Positions 16,277-26,676 of a stretch of DNA of 35,177 nt are shown one piece after another. Within the stretch, counting starts at the first letter, position 1; each line of letters opens with the position of its first letter. The notes beneath the pieces are model-generated. The model saw nothing but the letters and a program-made list of their open reading frames with translations. It made no database searches and had not been told where the DNA came from. This DNA comes from a virus (Duplodnaviria > Heunggongvirae > Uroviricota > Caudoviricetes): IMG/VR virus record IMGVR_UViG_2690316321_000006; one strand, given 5' to 3'. The position numbers and the translations under genes were made by a program.

Positions 16277-18129
16277 GCGCTACCTATTTCACGCTATTAA
16301 CCACTACTGGCGAATCCGCGCTGGCGACCGCCACCACACAGGGTTCACCTCTTCATCTGACGCAAATGGCCGTGGGCGACGGAAACGGTAACCTGCCAAC
16401 GCCGGAGACCGGTCAAACCCGGCTAGTCAACGAACGTCGACGTGCACCGCTGAATACGCTCAGTATTGACCCTAACAACTCCAACCAGATTATTGCCGAA
16501 CAGGTGCTGCCGGAGGACGTAGGCGGATGGTGGATCAGAGAAATTGGCCTGTACGACGAGCACGACCGGCTGATTGCCGTCGGCAACTGCCCGCCAACCT
16601 ACAAGCCGCAGCTAATCGAAGGTTCGGGTCGCACGCAGATTATCCGCATGGTGTTGATTGTCTCCCATACGGAAAACGTGGAACTGAAAATCGACCCTGC
16701 CGTAGTGTTGGCAACGAGGCAGTATGTGGATGAAAGCCTGACTCGCCACGCGCAGTCCCGTAACCATCCTGACGCCACGTTAACTGCCAAAGGTTTTACT
16801 CAATTAAGCAGTGCGACCAACAGCATCAGCGAAACACTGGCCGCCACGCCCAAAGCCGTGAAAGCAGCCTACGATCTGGCTAATGGAAAATATACCGCAC
16901 TGGATGCCACCACCTCACGTAAAGGGATTGTCCAGCTTAGTAGCTCCATCGACAGTATCAGCGAAACGCTGGCCGCCACGCCTAAAGCCGTGAAAGCGGC
17001 CTACGATCTGGCTAATGGAAAATATACCGCACTGGATGCGACCACCATGCGCAAAGGGATAATCCAGCTTAACAGCGAAACCAATAACGTTAGTGAGGCG
17101 ATGGCCGCAACACCGAAGGCTGTCAAAATAGTAATGGATAATGCCAATAGCCGCTGCCGTGCCTTCAGCGGCAGTCTGTCTATTGGTGGAAATGATGCCT
17201 CATGGACTACGACTGAATTTCTAAGCTGGCTGAGTGTTCAGGGAGCTTTCAGTACCCCCTATTGGATGTGTAAAGGTTCATGGAGTTATGCCTCGAATAA
17301 AGTCATTTCTGATACAGGCTGTGGCGATATTCAACTGGCTGGCGCTGTCATTGAGGTCATGGGTATTGAGTCGGCAAAAACAATCCGCATTACTACCCCC
17401 TCTACATCGACCAAAGGCATAGCCAACGCGCAATTTATCTATATCGATCACGGAGCACAATACTCTCCCGGCTGGCGGCGAGATTTTAATAGCAGAAACT
17501 TACCAGAAGAACTCTACCCAGCAGGCGCTCCCATTCCATGGCCATCCGATGCCATCCCTAGCGGCTATGCACTGATGGTCGGTCAGTCCTTCAATAAAAC
17601 CGCCTACCCTAAACTGGCAATCGCTTACCCCTCCGGTGTAATCCCGGATATGCGCGGCTGGACAATCAAGGGGAAGCCCGCCAGCGGACGCACGATACTG
17701 TCTCAGGAACAGGATGGCGTTAAATCTCATGGTCACACCGCCAGCGCCGCTAACACGGATTTAGGCACTAAAACCGCCAGTTCCACTGATTTGGGTACTA
17801 AAAATACCAGCGCGTTTGACTACGGGACAAAATCAACAGCGTCAGCCGGTGCTCACAACCACGACAGCGGATGGGGTGAAGCCAGCGGTGGGCGTCACGG
17901 TTACTTCGACAGTACCCGTAATAATCAGGGGTCTGCAGACACAGACTGGGATAACTACAAATTCAGAACCAGTACAGACGGTGTCCATACTCACACAGTA
18001 GCCATCGGCGCTCATACTCATTCGCTGACTATCGGCGCGCATAACCACACTATTACGGTGAACGCCGCCGGGAACGCCGAAAACACCGTTAAAAATATCG
18101 CTTTCAACTATATCGTGAGGCTGGCATGA
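16273..18129 (+). CDS. H: Tail fibre protein (P2 gpH-like) with internal tandem repeats and His-rich C-terminal tip
   Basis: 618 aa; ATGA overlap with I; N-terminus [18 protein letters not shown]... P2 H-like; 44-aa tandem repeats; C-terminal HxH motifs. Confidence 0.85.
   Translation: MSATYFTLLTTTGESALATATTQGSPLHLTQMAVGDGNGNLPTPETGQTRLVNERRRAPLNTLSIDPNNSNQIIAEQVLPEDVGGWWIREIGLYDEHDRLIAVGNCPPTYKPQLIEGSGRTQIIRMVLIVSHTENVELKIDPAVVLATRQYVDESLTRHAQSRNHPDATLTAKGFTQLSSATNSISETLAATPKAVKAAYDLANGKYTALDATTSRKGIVQLSSSIDSISETLAATPKAVKAAYDLANGKYTALDATTMRKGIIQLNSETNNVSEAMAATPKAVKIVMDNANSRCRAFSGSLSIGGNDASWTTTEFLSWLSVQGAFSTPYWMCKGSWSYASNKVISDTGCGDIQLAGAVIEVMGIESAKTIRITTPSTSTKGIANAQFIYIDHGAQYSPGWRRDFNSRNLPEELYPAGAPIPWPSDAIPSGYALMVGQSFNKTAYPKLAIAYPSGVIPDMRGWTIKGKPASGRTILSQEQDGVKSHGHTASAANTDLGTKTASSTDLGTKNTSAFDYGTKSTASAGAHNHDSGWGEASGGRHGYFDSTRNNQGSADTDWDNYKFRTSTDGVHTHTVAIGAHTHSLTIGAHNHTITVNAAGNAENTVKNIAFNYIVRLA
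16801..17130 (+). repeat. Tandem 132-bp (44-codon) repeats inside the tail fibre gene, about 2.5 copies
   Basis: Near-identical DNA blocks ...gaaacNctggccgccacgccYaaagccgtgaaagcRgcctacgatctggctaatggaaaatataccgcactggatgc... at about 16831 and 16963; protein repeat [29 protein letters not shown]. Confidence 0.8.
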
Positions 18130-18833
18130 GCACATTCGCATTTTCCGACGAACCGCAAACCCTGCGCATCTTTAACTACGCGGCAGATACTCAGGAATTT
18201 ATCGGCGTCAGCGACGCCTATATCGCCCCCAACACCGGCTTACCGGAATGCTGTACCACTATCGAACCGCCCGAATGCCAGAGCGGCTTTGCCCTGACAT
18301 TCAACGGAGAAACATGGCTTGCGGTAGAAGATCATCGCGGTAAAACCGCGTTTGATACCGATGCGGGCAGTGAGGTACAGCTTCATCATCTGGGGCCATT
18401 GCCGGATAACGTCACTCTGCTGAAGCCCGATAACGCCTTTGTCCGTTGGGACGGCAAACGCTGGCGGCCTGATATCGAAAAAGCCCGACAGGCAAAGGTG
18501 GCGGAAATAAAGCAGTATCGCGATCGAATCACCGCCGACTACATCATCATCGATAATCACCATTTCCACAGCGACGCTAACAGCCGCATCCAGCAGCTCT
18601 CGCTCACCAAAATGGGCGTGGCTAAACAAATACCGGCAGGCTTAATGTGGCAGACCAAAAATCACAACCTGATTGAACTGACCAACGAAATCGCCGCCCG
18701 GTTTGAAACCGAAACAATGGCGCACGATATGCGCCTGTTCGCCGCTGCCCAGCAGCATATTGCCGCCGTTGAAGCATTGACGGAGGTGCAGGCGGTTATG
18801 GGTTACGACTACTCGTCAGGATGGCAACCATGA
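18126..18833 (+). CDS. G: Tail fibre assembly chaperone (P2 gpG-like)
   Basis: 235 aa; ATGA overlap with H; position after H. Confidence 0.75.
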   Translation: MSTFAFSDEPQTLRIFNYAADTQEFIGVSDAYIAPNTGLPECCTTIEPPECQSGFALTFNGETWLAVEDHRGKTAFDTDAGSEVQLHHLGPLPDNVTLLKPDNAFVRWDGKRWRPDIEKARQAKVAEIKQYRDRITADYIIIDNHHFHSDANSRIQQLSLTKMGVAKQIPAGLMWQTKNHNLIELTNEIAARFETETMAHDMRLFAAAQQHIAAVEALTEVQAVMGYDYSSGWQP

Positions 18834-19288
18834 GTCAGGTTTACGCGGCGTTCTACCGTGGCCGGGCTGAACGTTTTTTCAGCCTTGCCCGGCTCTCCGA
18901 CTGGTTGACGCGACAGGTCACGCGCGGCCCTTACTCTCACTGCGAACTGGTCGAATGCCAGCCGGATGGCCTGTTTATCTGTTACTCATCATCGGTACGG
19001 GATAAAGGCGTGCGCAGCAAACGAATGCCGCTGCCGATTGAGAAATGGGATTTACTCCCGATCAACGCCGATCCGCTGGCACTGGAAACCTTTTTCCGTC
19101 AGCACGACGATAAAGGTTACGACTGGCTGGGAGCCATAGGTTTTGTGTTACTCAGTCAGGGCAAACAGGAGCGCCTGTTTTGCAGCGAGTTCTGCGCCGA
19201 ATTTCTGCATCTGCGTGATAGCTGGCGTTATTCACCTAATCTGCTGTATGCGCTGATCTGCAGTCGATCTGGAAAATTGACAATATGA
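18830..19288 (+). CDS. Hypothetical accessory protein (152 aa) with His/Cys motifs, translationally coupled to G and dam
   Basis: ATG at 18830 overlapping G stop (ATGA); motifs YSHCELV and LFCSEFCAEF weakly suggest a permuted papain-like (NlpC/P60 or LRAT-like) fold; occupies the P2 Z/fun position. Confidence 0.5.
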   Translation: MSQVYAAFYRGRAERFFSLARLSDWLTRQVTRGPYSHCELVECQPDGLFICYSSSVRDKGVRSKRMPLPIEKWDLLPINADPLALETFFRQHDDKGYDWLGAIGFVLLSQGKQERLFCSEFCAEFLHLRDSWRYSPNLLYALICSRSGKLTI

Positions 19289-20043
19289 ATACGTTACCCA
19301 TTATTCCGTGGATCGGCGGTAAGCGCAGGCTGGCAAAACACATTCTGCCGCTGTTTCCCAAACACCGTTGCTACGTTGAACCGTTCTGCGGGGCGGCGGC
19401 GTTGTTCTTTATGAAACAGCCCGCACAGGCCGAGGTGCTGAATGATATCAACGGCGACGTTACCAACCTCTACCGCGTACTCCAGCACCATTTAGAAGAG
19501 TTTGTCCGCCAGTTTAAATGGTCGCTGGTCAGCCGCGAAATGTACCGCTGGCTCCAGATCACCCCGGAAGAAACGCTGACCGATATCCAGCGCGCGGCGC
19601 GCTTCTACTACCTGCAAAAGCTGGCATTCGGCGGCAAAGTGGAAAGTCGCACATTCGGTACCGCCACCACCTCACCGCCGCGCCTGAACCTGCTGCGTAT
19701 GGAAGAGGATTTATCCGCCGCCCATCTGCGGCTGGCGCGCGTCTGTATTGAAAATCTGGACTGGGCCGACTGTATTCGCCGCTATGACCGCCCGCATACC
19801 CTATTCTACTGCGACCCTCCATACTGGAAAACCGAAGGCTACGGCGTGCCATTTGGCCTTGAGCAGTACCAGCGAATGGCAGAGCTGGCGCGCACCATGC
19901 AGGGCCGGATGATTATCTCGGTTAATGACATCCCGGAAATGCGCGATATCTTCCACGGCCTGACATTCTCAACGGTAGGGATTCGCTATACCGTAGGCAG
20001 AAAGCCAGCCAGCGCCACATCAGAACTGATTATCCTGAATTAA
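19285..20043 (+). CDS. dam: DNA N6-adenine methyltransferase, Dam family (orphan, no cognate restriction enzyme seen)
   Basis: 252 aa; DPPY catalytic motif (YCDPPYW) and Dam-like N-terminus (IPWIGGKRRL, EPFCGAAALFF); ATGA overlap with the upstream ORF. Confidence 0.85.
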   Translation: MNTLPIIPWIGGKRRLAKHILPLFPKHRCYVEPFCGAAALFFMKQPAQAEVLNDINGDVTNLYRVLQHHLEEFVRQFKWSLVSREMYRWLQITPEETLTDIQRAARFYYLQKLAFGGKVESRTFGTATTSPPRLNLLRMEEDLSAAHLRLARVCIENLDWADCIRRYDRPHTLFYCDPPYWKTEGYGVPFGLEQYQRMAELARTMQGRMIISVNDIPEMRDIFHGLTFSTVGIRYTVGRKPASATSELIILN

Positions 20044-20052
20044 AAACCGCTT

Positions 20053-20085
20053 CTGCTTGTAGTGCCAGTGGTTACAAGTGGAAGC
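20053..20085 (+). promoter_or_regulatory. Late-promoter activator site (Ogr-type dyad) upstream of FI
   Basis: CTGCTTGTA-N-TTACAAGTGGAAGCC; TGT 20058-20060, ACA 20074-20076, 13-nt spacer. Confidence 0.55.
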
Positions 20086-20148
20086 CGTCACCGCCCTTTT
20101 CGCTCTGTGCCACCATCGTCATTTATTGACCTGATGGAGGCTCGTCCT

Positions 20149-21327
20149 ATGGCAACCGACTACCACCACGGCGCGCGCGTTATTGAAATCAATGAAGGCG
20201 TGCGCCCGATCCGTACCATCTCCACCGCCGTGATCGGCATCGTCTGCACCGAATCAGACGCCGATGAAAAAACCTTTCCCCTTGATACTCCGGTGCTGTT
20301 AACCGACGTGCGATCTGCGCTGGGTAAAGCCGGTGATAGCGGTACGCTGGCGCACTCTCTGGATGCCATCGCCGACCAGACACAGCCGGTGGTAGTCGCC
20401 GTGCGCGTAGCCGAAGGCGACTCCGCCGCCGAAACCACCGCCAATATCATCGGCGGCAGTACGCCAGCCGGGAAATACACCGGCATGAAGGCGCTGCTGG
20501 ACTCGCAAACCAAACTGAAAATAAAACCGCGCATTCTGGCGGTACCGGGGCTGGATTCTCTGCCCGTCGCCACCGAACTGGTCAGCATTTCACAACAGCT
20601 TCGCGCCTTCAGCTATCTGTCGGCGTTCGGCGCGCAGACCAAAGAAGAGGCGGTGCTGTATCGCGATCAGCTCGGTGCGCGAGAGGCGATGATTATCTGG
20701 CCGGATTTTGTCGGCTTTGATACACAGGCTGCCGCCGAACGTACCCTATACGCCACCGCCCGCGCCGTGGGCCTGCGTGCAAAAATTGATGAAGAAACCG
20801 GCTGGCATAAAACGCTGTCCAACGTTGACGTCAACGGCGTGACCGGCATTTCCCGCAGCGTATTCTGGGATCTGCAGTCCACCGCCACCGACTCCGATTA
20901 CCTCAACAGCCACGACGTCACCACGCTGATTTGCAACGGCGGCTATCGCTTCTGGGGATCGCGCACCTGCAGCACCGATCCGCTGTTTGCCTTTGAGAAC
21001 TACACCCGCACCGCGCAGGTGCTGGCGGATACCATCGCCGACGCCCACTTCTGGGCGGTAGATAAACCGCAACACGCCTCCCTGTTCCGCGACATTATCG
21101 AAGGCGTGAACGCCAAATTCCGCGAATTGAAAGGCAACGGCTACATCGTCGACGGCTCCGCATGGTTCGATCCCGCCACCAACACGCCGGACATCCTGAA
21201 AGCGGGTAAAGCGTATATCGACTACGACTACACCCCGGTGCCGCCGCTGGAAAACCTGATGTTCCGCCAGCGCATCACTGACCGCTATCTGGTCAATCTG
21301 GCTGAATCCATCGCCACCACCGTGTAA
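20149..21327 (+). CDS. FI: Tail sheath protein (P2 gpFI-like)
   Basis: ATG at 20149 with GGAGG 8 nt upstream (track start 20062 rejected); 393 aa. Confidence 0.9.
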   Translation: MATDYHHGARVIEINEGVRPIRTISTAVIGIVCTESDADEKTFPLDTPVLLTDVRSALGKAGDSGTLAHSLDAIADQTQPVVVAVRVAEGDSAAETTANIIGGSTPAGKYTGMKALLDSQTKLKIKPRILAVPGLDSLPVATELVSISQQLRAFSYLSAFGAQTKEEAVLYRDQLGAREAMIIWPDFVGFDTQAAAERTLYATARAVGLRAKIDEETGWHKTLSNVDVNGVTGISRSVFWDLQSTATDSDYLNSHDVTTLICNGGYRFWGSRTCSTDPLFAFENYTRTAQVLADTIADAHFWAVDKPQHASLFRDIIEGVNAKFRELKGNGYIVDGSAWFDPATNTPDILKAGKAYIDYDYTPVPPLENLMFRQRITDRYLVNLAESIATTV

Positions 21328-21341
21328 CAGGAGAACGCACC

Positions 21342-21857
21342 ATGGCACTACCCAGCAAACTGAAATACCTCAACCTGTTTAACGAGGGCGATATCTATCT
21401 GGCACAGGTGGAGTCCTTCACCCCGGCAAAGCTGACGCGCAAGCTGGAAGCCTATCGCGGCGGCGGCATGAACGGCGCGGCGCATGTCGATCTGGGACTG
21501 GATGACGAGGCGCTCAGCGTGGAATGGTCAATCGGCGGCTATGAGCTGCTGGCGCTGCGGCAGATCGGCTGGACGAAGATCAGCGGCGTGATGCTGCGAT
21601 TCTCCGGAGCTATCCAGCGTGAAGACAGCGAAGAGTACGACGCGGTGGAAATCGTGGTGCGAGGTCGCCACAAAGAGCTGGATCGCGGTGAATACAAGCA
21701 GGGCGAGAACTCCGCGACCAAAATCAGCACCCTTTGTACCTATTACAAAGAGAGCGTCAACGGTGAAATCATCGTCGAAATCGACACCGTGAACTTTATT
21801 GAAAATATCGACGGCAAAGACCGTCTGGCTGGCGCACGTCGCGCCATTGGCCTGTAA
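21342..21857 (+). CDS. FII: Tail tube protein (P2 gpFII-like)
   Basis: 171 aa; AGGAGA upstream; follows the sheath gene. Confidence 0.9.
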   Translation: MALPSKLKYLNLFNEGDIYLAQVESFTPAKLTRKLEAYRGGGMNGAAHVDLGLDDEALSVEWSIGGYELLALRQIGWTKISGVMLRFSGAIQREDSEEYDAVEIVVRGRHKELDRGEYKQGENSATKISTLCTYYKESVNGEIIVEIDTVNFIENIDGKDRLAGARRAIGL

Positions 21858-21866
21858 GGATGAACC

Positions 21867-22163
21867 ATGAGCGAACGTAAAACCGTTACCCTGAATACTC
21901 CCCTGAAACGCGGTGAAACCGAATTTGTCGAGTTCCAGATCCGTAAACCGCTGGGCGGCGACCTGCGCGGTGTCAGTCTGGTGGAGCTGTTAAGCCTTAA
22001 CGTAGATGCACTCACCAACGTTCTGCCGCGCATCACCGCACCGCCGCTGAATAAGCATGAGGTGGCGCAACTGGATTTTATCGACCTGACGGCTTTCGGT
22101 ACGGCGCTTGTCGGTTTTTTGCCGCAGACCTCGCCGGAAGCAGCGGATACCCCGGACGCATAG
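21867..22163 (+). CDS. E: Tail assembly chaperone E (P2 gpE-like)
   Basis: 98 aa; AAGGA upstream; contains slippery run TTTTTTG at 22115-22121. Confidence 0.8.
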   Translation: MSERKTVTLNTPLKRGETEFVEFQIRKPLGGDLRGVSLVELLSLNVDALTNVLPRITAPPLNKHEVAQLDFIDLTAFGTALVGFLPQTSPEAADTPDA

Positions 22164-22288
22164 AAGAGGCTCAGGCCGATATCGCCGTTATTTTTCACTG
22201 GCCGCTGTCGGCAATGGACGCTCTCACGCTAAGCGAAACCCTTTACTGGCGGGAACAGGCCCGCCAGCGCAGCGGTGTTGAATCATGA
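21867..22288 (+). CDS. E': Tail assembly chaperone E+E' made by -1 programmed frameshift at TTTTTTG (22115-22121)
   Basis: The -1 frame from 22121 is open for 55 sense codons and stops at TGA 22286-22288, overlapping the T start codon, the same geometry as P2 E/E'. Confidence 0.65.
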
Positions 22289-25134
22289 GCACACAAAACC
22301 TTCGTTTACAGGTACTACTCAGCGCCGTAGATAAAATCACCCGCCCGCTAAAAGCCGTCACGCAAAGCAGTAGCGACACCGCCAGAGCGCTGAAAGCGGC
22401 GCAGCAGCAGGTCAAAGACCTGAACAAACAGGCCGGACAAATCGATGGCTACCGCAAGCTGGCGCGCGATGTCGCCGTCACCGGCAACCAGCTTAATAGC
22501 GCGCAGGATCGCGTCCGGGCGCTGGCCACGGCAATGCAAAGCAGCACTGCGCCCACGGCAGCGATGCGTCGGGAGTTTGAACGTGCTCAGCAGGAGGCGC
22601 GGCGACTTAAAGAACGGCATGTTCAGCTTACTCAGGCCCAGCAGCGTAGCCGCACCGTACTGCGCAACGCTGGTATCGATACCCGTAATCTCAGCCAGCG
22701 CCAGAGTGAACTACGGCAACGACTGGAGAGTGCTAACCGTAGCATGGAGGAACAGCGCAGGCGACTGGAACGGCTAAACCGGCAGCAGCAGCGGATGAAC
22801 TCTGCAAAAAATAGCTACGCAGGAGCAATGGACGCCCGCAACAAACTGGCCGGATTCGGCGCAACCACGACGGCCACCGGCGTGGGTATGCTTTACGGCA
22901 GCGCGCGGGTAATGATGCCCGGCTACGATTTCGACGTGGGCATGTCGCGCGTACAGGCGCTAACCCGTACCGATAAAAATTCTGACGAACTGAAGCGGTT
23001 GCGGGTGCAATCACGCGAGCTGGGCGCATCAACCAGCTTCACCGCTAACGACGTAGCGCAGGGGCAAGGCTTTCTGGCAATGGCAGGTTATTCGCCTGAC
23101 AAAATCGAAAAGGCGATGCCGCACATGCTGGATCTAGCGAAAGCGGCGGGGATGGATACGCAATTGGCACAGGTTTCCGATATCGCCTCCAACATCCAGA
23201 GCGCCTATAAAATCCCGGCAGACCAGATGCAACGCATGGCTGACGCGCTGACTTTCACGTTCACTACGTCTAATACCGACCTGCAGATGCTGGGTGAAAC
23301 CATGAAATACGTTGGCCCGGCTGCGCAGGCGGCAGGGCAGGATTTTGAAACCATGTCAGCAATGGTCGGGATGCTGGGCAACGTAGGGATTCAGGGATCG
23401 CAGGCAGGTACATCCTTACGTATGGCGCTGTTGCGGCTGGCATCACAGCCGAAAAAAGCCGCCGCCGCGCTGGAAGATCTGAAAGTCTCGGTGGCAGACA
23501 GCACCGGGAAAATGAAAGAGATGCCGCAGCTACTGGCAGAAATCTCCGCCGCATTTGAGAAGCAAGGGATCGGCGGTGTCGGCAACGTGAAGAAAATGTC
23601 CTACATCAAGGATATTTTCGGCGTGGAAGCCTCCTCCGCTATGATGGAACTGCTCGACAAACAGGCGTCACTCGATCCGTCGCAGCGCATTGAAGCCTAT
23701 GCCGAACAGGTGAAAGCCTCCCTCGGTACCGCTGGCAAAGTTGCCAAAACGATGGCCGATAATATGAAGGGGGATCTCCAGAATCTTGACTCAGCGTGGG
23801 AAGATCTCGGTATTGAGATGTTCGAATCGGTAGACAGCCCGTTGCGCAGCATTACCCAACGTATGACCGGCGTTTTACAGTCCATCGGCGCATGGATGAA
23901 GGCCAACCCGCAGCTAACCGCCACGCTGGTGAAAATCGGCATGGCGATCGGCGCGTTCGCCGTAGCGCTCGGTGGCATATCCCTGACGCTGGCCGGTATC
24001 CTCGGCCCGATGGCGGCGCTAAAACTCAGCCTGTCGGTGCTCGGTATTAAGGGCGGCAGCGCGCTGGGGCTGCTGGCGAATGCCTTTAAAGGCGCGGGAA
24101 AAGCGGTAATTTGGCTGGGCCGCGCAATGATGGCTAACCCGATTCTGGCGGTGATTGCGCTGATCGCCGGTGCCGCCATCTGGATCTGGAGTAACTGGGA
24201 CTGGCTGGGGCCGAAGTTCGCCGCGCTCTGGAATAGTTTTAAGCAGGTATGCAGCGATGCGTGGAACAGCGTAAAAGCCACAACCAGCGCCGTCTGGGAA
24301 GGGATTAAAACGTTTCTCTTCGGCTGCTGGGACGGTCTGGTAAATATCTTGCTGAACTGGACGCTGCCCGGTCTGATTTACCAGCACTGGGATACTATCA
24401 AAGCGACGACCGTTGAGGCGTGGAACAGCGTGGTGGCATTTCTGGGGCAAATCTGGAGCGGCATTACCACTACCACCACCGGCGTCTGGGAAGGCATTAA
24501 AACCACCGTCAGCAGCGCGCTAAACGCCATTGTTGTCTTTTTCAGCAACTGGAATTTATCCACGGTGTTTACCACCGTCTGGGATAACGTTCTGAACAGT
24601 TTCAGTAACCTGTCCACCCGCTTTACCGAGATCGGCGGCAACATCATGGAAGGGCTGAAACAGGGGATCTTTGCCAAATGGGAAGCGATTAAACAGAGCG
24701 TGCTGGATCTGGGCAGCAATATTTCCAACTGGTTTAAGGACAAGCTCGGTATTCATTCACCGTCGCGGGTGTTCGCCGAAATGGGCCGCTATACCGTGGA
24801 CGGGCTAGCGGTCGGGATTGAGGGCAACACGCAAACGGCGCTGGCCAGCGTAGGGCAACTCTCGAAGCAGTTAATCGCCGCCGGTGCCGGGCTGACGCTC
24901 AGCGCCGCCGCTGTCGCCATGCCCCCTATCGCCGCCCTGCCGGATAATCGCGCCCCGCTCGCGCCAGCATCCCTTTCCGCACCGGCAGCCAGCGGCGGGC
25001 CTGTCACTATTCACATCCACGCCGCTCCCGGCATGAATGAACAACAACTGGCGAAACTGGTGGCGCAGGAACTGGACAAGCGCGAACGGCAGAATGCCGC
25101 CAGAACCCGCAGCAGCCTGCGCGATATTGATTAA
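22285..25134 (+). CDS. T: Tail tape measure protein (P2 gpT-like)
   Basis: 949 aa; coiled-coil N-terminal part, central hydrophobic Gly/Ala-rich segments and Trp-rich repeats typical of tape measure proteins. Confidence 0.9.
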   Translation: MSTQNLRLQVLLSAVDKITRPLKAVTQSSSDTARALKAAQQQVKDLNKQAGQIDGYRKLARDVAVTGNQLNSAQDRVRALATAMQSSTAPTAAMRREFERAQQEARRLKERHVQLTQAQQRSRTVLRNAGIDTRNLSQRQSELRQRLESANRSMEEQRRRLERLNRQQQRMNSAKNSYAGAMDARNKLAGFGATTTATGVGMLYGSARVMMPGYDFDVGMSRVQALTRTDKNSDELKRLRVQSRELGASTSFTANDVAQGQGFLAMAGYSPDKIEKAMPHMLDLAKAAGMDTQLAQVSDIASNIQSAYKIPADQMQRMADALTFTFTTSNTDLQMLGETMKYVGPAAQAAGQDFETMSAMVGMLGNVGIQGSQAGTSLRMALLRLASQPKKAAAALEDLKVSVADSTGKMKEMPQLLAEISAAFEKQGIGGVGNVKKMSYIKDIFGVEASSAMMELLDKQASLDPSQRIEAYAEQVKASLGTAGKVAKTMADNMKGDLQNLDSAWEDLGIEMFESVDSPLRSITQRMTGVLQSIGAWMKANPQLTATLVKIGMAIGAFAVALGGISLTLAGILGPMAALKLSLSVLGIKGGSALGLLANAFKGAGKAVIWLGRAMMANPILAVIALIAGAAIWIWSNWDWLGPKFAALWNSFKQVCSDAWNSVKATTSAVWEGIKTFLFGCWDGLVNILLNWTLPGLIYQHWDTIKATTVEAWNSVVAFLGQIWSGITTTTTGVWEGIKTTVSSALNAIVVFFSNWNLSTVFTTVWDNVLNSFSNLSTRFTEIGGNIMEGLKQGIFAKWEAIKQSVLDLGSNISNWFKDKLGIHSPSRVFAEMGRYTVDGLAVGIEGNTQTALASVGQLSKQLIAAGAGLTLSAAAVAMPPIAALPDNRAPLAPASLSAPAASGGPVTIHIHAAPGMNEQQLAKLVAQELDKRERQNAARTRSSLRDID

Positions 25135-25144
25135 GGAGGCTCTT

Positions 25145-25573
25145 ATGATGATGGTACTGGGGCTATTCGTCTTCAGCCTGAAAACCCTGCCCTATCAGGA
25201 TATGCAGCACGCCGTAGCGTGGCGGCATCCTGCCAGTTCCCGCGTGGGGCTACGTCCGGCCAGCCAGTTTATCGGCGTGGGTGACGAAACCATTACGCTA
25301 AACGGCGTGCTGTTGCCGGAACTGACCGGCGGGCGATTTACTCTGTTTTTCCTGCGTAAGATGGCCGATCAGGGGATGGCGTGGCCGCTGATTGAAGGCA
25401 CCGGCTCGCTGCATGGCTGGTTTGTGATTGAGAGTCTGAACGTCACACGGAGCGTCTTTTTTCGCGACGGTGCGGCCCGGCGCATTGAGTTTACGCTGGC
25501 GTTAAAACGTGTCGATCCGCCGAAGCTGGGTGGCTTGCTGGGCGACATCATCACGATGGTCGACGGACTATGA
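25145..25573 (+). CDS. U: Tail protein U (P2 gpU-like)
   Basis: ATG at 25145 with AAGGAGG upstream; the track's longer ORF from 25037 overlaps T and is rejected. Confidence 0.8.
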   Translation: MMMVLGLFVFSLKTLPYQDMQHAVAWRHPASSRVGLRPASQFIGVGDETITLNGVLLPELTGGRFTLFFLRKMADQGMAWPLIEGTGSLHGWFVIESLNVTRSVFFRDGAARRIEFTLALKRVDPPKLGGLLGDIITMVDGL

Positions 25574-26676
25574 CGATGTTAAACGCACTCTTAAACGCCC
25601 AGCCGCAACCGGAGTACAGCGTGGTGCTGAACGGTAAGGACATTACGCGGAATCTGGACAACCGCTTAATCAGCCTGCGTATCACCGACAACCGGGGCTT
25701 TGAGGCCGACGAACTGCAGCTCGAACTGGACGACAGCGACGGCCTGCTGGCGTTTCCGGCAAAGGGCGAAAAGCTAACGGTTTCTCTGGGCTGGAAGGGT
25801 GACGGCGTGATGCACCAGAATGTCTTCACAGTGGACGAACTGGAGCACAGCGGCGCACCGGACGTACTCAGCCTCCGCGCCCGCAGCGCCGATTTCCGCG
25901 ATTCGCTGAACGTTAAACGGGAACAGAGCTACCATGATGTGACGCTGGGCGCGATTGTGCAAACCGTGGCGGCACGTCATAAGCTGGAATCAACCGTCAG
26001 CGGCGAGCTGGCTGGGATCGCCATTGAGCACGTTGACCAGACTAACGAGTCTGATGCGTCCTTCCTAACCCGGCTGGCGCAAATGCACGGCGCTATCGCC
26101 TGCGTGAAAAATGATGCTCTGCTGCTGATGCCGACAGGTTCCGGTAAAAGCGCCAGCGGCAAGCCGCTGCCGGTCGCAACCATTAACCGCGAGGACGGCG
26201 ACAGCCACCGGTTCAGCATCGCGGACAGGGAAGCCTATACCGGCGTAACGGCCTACTGGCTGGATACGCGGCAGGCTAAAAAGCAGTCAACTGACGTGAA
26301 GCGCAAGACACGGAAAAACCTTCCGCAAACGCAACCAACAGAATCGCCGACGTCAGACACCTCATTCAACGCCGATAACGTGATGGTCGGCGAAGAGGGA
26401 AATATCAAGGTGCTGCGCCACACCTATGCCAACAAAAATAACGCCTACAGAGCGGCAGAAAGCGCGTGGGAGCTATTACAGCGAGGCGCGGCAACGTTCA
26501 GCCTGAATCTTGCGCGTGGACGGCCCGATTTGTTCCCGGAATTGCCGGTGCCGGTGCAGGTGAAGGGGTTTAAGGCTGAGATTGATGGCACCGCGTGGGT
26601 GATTACGCGGTGCGTGCATACGTTGGATGGCGGTACTGGTTATGTCACCGCATTAGAAATGGAATTAAGTTTATAG
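25570..26676 (+). CDS. D: Tail protein D (P2 gpD-like)
   Basis: 368 aa; ATGA overlap with U; last late gene as in P2. Confidence 0.85.
   Translation: MTMLNALLNAQPQPEYSVVLNGKDITRNLDNRLISLRITDNRGFEADELQLELDDSDGLLAFPAKGEKLTVSLGWKGDGVMHQNVFTVDELEHSGAPDVLSLRARSADFRDSLNVKREQSYHDVTLGAIVQTVAARHKLESTVSGELAGIAIEHVDQTNESDASFLTRLAQMHGAIACVKNDALLLMPTGSGKSASGKPLPVATINREDGDSHRFSIADREAYTGVTAYWLDTRQAKKQSTDVKRKTRKNLPQTQPTESPTSDTSFNADNVMVGEEGNIKVLRHTYANKNNAYRAAESAWELLQRGAATFSLNLARGRPDLFPELPVPVQVKGFKAEIDGTAWVITRCVHTLDGGTGYVTALEMELSL

Noticed and set aside
20160-21348. Minus-strand ORFs (up to 200 aa) inside the sheath gene
   Set aside because: Antisense frames within a conserved structural gene; GC-rich artefact.
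22348-24756. Multiple ORFs on both strands inside the tape measure gene
   Set aside because: All nested in or antisense to the 949-aa tape measure ORF; repetitive Ala/Gly/Trp composition produces long spurious frames.
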